This document shows positions 62,231-64,000 of a stretch of DNA of 64,000 nt, piece after piece (position 1 is the first letter of the stretch; each line of letters opens with the position of its first letter). Location: the NCBI GenBank assembly GCA_024137785.1, contig JAHRHZ010000009.1, positions 43,630,554-43,694,553 of the forward strand, in the 5' to 3' direction. A program made the translations under genes and the position numbers. Below the pieces are notes generated by a model. It did not search any database and was not told where the DNA came from. It saw only the letters and a program-made list of their open reading frames with translations. Source of the stretch: Ginglymostoma cirratum. Its lineage: Eukaryota.

Positions 62231-62890
62231 AAAATAAAGTTGTCATGTTTTCAGAGGACCACAGGACTGTTTTCCCATATGATAGAGATAACTGGTGCTG
62301 GCTTAACCAAGGTTACCACATAGTTGATGGAAGGCTGCTCAGGTTCAAAGGAGATGACTACAGATGATTTTGTTGCATCAGCTCAACCAACTTTGTCTCT
62401 GGAACGTCTAGCTTTGGTCTGCATCCCCGTATCATGGAAGGAGCAGTTTGGCCTGGTAACAATCAATGGCAAGGTTGCAGGGACAGTAGCAGAAGTGTGA
62501 ATCCTGTCAATCTGAGAAAGGGCTACTAGTTTGTGCTTGATAGAAACACAGTAATTCTGGTCATTCTTTGGAGGACAGAATTCCAGATTGCCGTGACACC
62601 CTTGAAGCATATTTGAACAATAGCATTCACAGCAATGGTGCATGAGTTTAAACTAAACTTTGACTCCTACACAGAATATGATTGACATCTGCTTGTGCAG
62701 CAATGGAAACCAAATAATCAGAAAATGTATCACAGTTGGACACATTAGTGTGCTACTAGAGCTCTGTGCCACTTTCATTCTGGAACGTAAATGTGAACTA
62801 TGGTCTACATGAAGCCCTGTGCCAGGGTGCTGAACTCTGCAGTTCTCTCTTGGCATTGGTAGCAAACATTTTGAAATGCCAATATATCAA
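62231..62890 (-). mobile_element. Unclassified LINE-like 3' fragment sharing its tail with the SINE at 42770-42976
   Basis: aaagttgtcatgttttcagaggaccacagg..gataactggtgctggcttaaccaaggttacc resembles 42775-42842, but upstream there is no tRNA head. Confidence 0.4.
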
Positions 62891-62929
62891 GCATTCATTG
62901 TACATATACATTTACTATTTGTGTGCCAT

Positions 62930-63080
62930 TCCATCAAAATCCTCACCTGAGTCTTATGCAGGTGAATTCCTCTGTTGCATGCTGCATAATCTTGCCATCA
63001 TGCATATTCTGCCCGTGACACATGCTGAGTGGTGAATAACTAAGGAGGAAGAAAGGAAAATGAAAAGGGGAGGAAAACAA
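62930..63080 (+). pseudogene. Second Harbinger transposase C-terminal fragment
   Basis: ORF 62766-63035 ends SPESYAGEFLCCMLHNLAIM. Confidence 0.7.
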
Positions 63081-63949
63081 TAAATACTCTTTCTGAATTC
63101 ATTTGGTAAATTTGACCCTACACCACCCTTGCCCCTGAATGGCAGCAGTCCATCTACACCAGGTGATTTGCTTCACACAAATCATGCCTCCAAGCTATCC
63201 TCAAAATCAGTGAAGTGTCAGTATCTAAGCCAGTAGCTTCATGGGTAATCAAATGACACTGTCTTCTCTTCATCATTTTCTGCTCATCCACAGCTGCCTG
63301 GTCAGGTTACAATTCTTTGATTTCAGAAAGAGGAAAGCTTCAAGTTGAATGGAGAGATATGGGACAAGCAAGACATGCAAGTTTGCTACCATCTGCAACT
63401 TGTTAATCAAAGAAACTGTGGAATAAGGAAAGGTGGACTGAGAAGGACAATTAAGTTTCAGCAAATCATCATCTCCAATTTTCTCAGACTGCCTAATTTG
63501 CACAGTGTCAGCAGTGACCACTCCAATTGACCACCATCTCCCCCATTGTGTTTACAACATACATCTGTGTCCATTATCAATTAAGCACCAACTTGTCCCA
63601 CAAGGAAGAAGGAAGTCTGTCAATGAGCTGTGCTGCAATGTGTTTGGTGATGTGACTGACATCGCTGAATCCAAGCTGTATTTGCAAGTTGTATGATGTG
63701 GATTTGAGGCTTGCAGCTATTACTCTTATATAAAGGGATGTGGTGTGATCTCCAATACTGACCCTGCTTGGGGATGGATGACTCCCTAATCAGGTACAGT
63801 GCACAGTTCTCAAGAGACCTGGTTTGAAAGACTCAATCAAAAGTGTGAAACTCCTGGTTGAGTTTCAGAAAAAAAAAGTGTGAAGCGGCAATTCAAAAGT
63901 AATTGCCAGTACTTGAAACAGTTGGCCCTCAATTAGCTTCTTACCCTGA

Positions 63950-64000
63950 GACCATAAGACTTAAGGGCAGAAGTAGGCCATTCAGCCCATTGAGTCTGTT
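63950..64000 (-). mobile_element. CR1 3' terminus running off the window
   Basis: accataagacttaagggcagaagtaggccattcagccc. Confidence 0.7.

Noticed and set aside
61811-63080. Host HARBI1 gene
   Set aside because: Only short, duplicated, decayed C-terminal fragments without exon structure are present, which fits transposon fossils.
1-64000. CRISPR arrays, operons or other prokaryotic systems
   Set aside because: There is no repeat-spacer array and no gene-dense coding structure; the content is vertebrate transposon landscape.

Overview
Eukaryotic, AT-rich, repeat-dominated DNA in which I recognise no intact host protein-coding gene. The repeat set (HE1/V-SINE-like tRNA SINEs, CR1/HER1-like LINEs, Penelope-like GIY-YIG remnants, Harbinger fossils) points to an elasmobranch (shark) intron or intergenic region; that assignment is inference. 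Main content: (1) a full-length but decayed Gypsy LTR retrotransposon (14632-19599) nested in a CR1, plus a related solo LTR (45293-45479); (2) further Gypsy remnants, one with protease directly followed by integrase (Gmr1-like); (3) many CR1, CR1-clade, L2 and RTE fragments and about 8 HE1-like SINEs; (4) scattered PIF/Harbinger transposase and Myb/SANT fragments. The most interesting signal is a set of 100-220 bp elements, most of them palindromic, derived from Penelope-like 3' ends. Their centres carry minimal type-I hammerhead ribozyme motifs, in some copies on both strands. The youngest copy has a 14-bp target-site duplication and the 400-N assembly gap at its centre. All coordinates and alignments were read by eye, so repeat boundaries are approximate.
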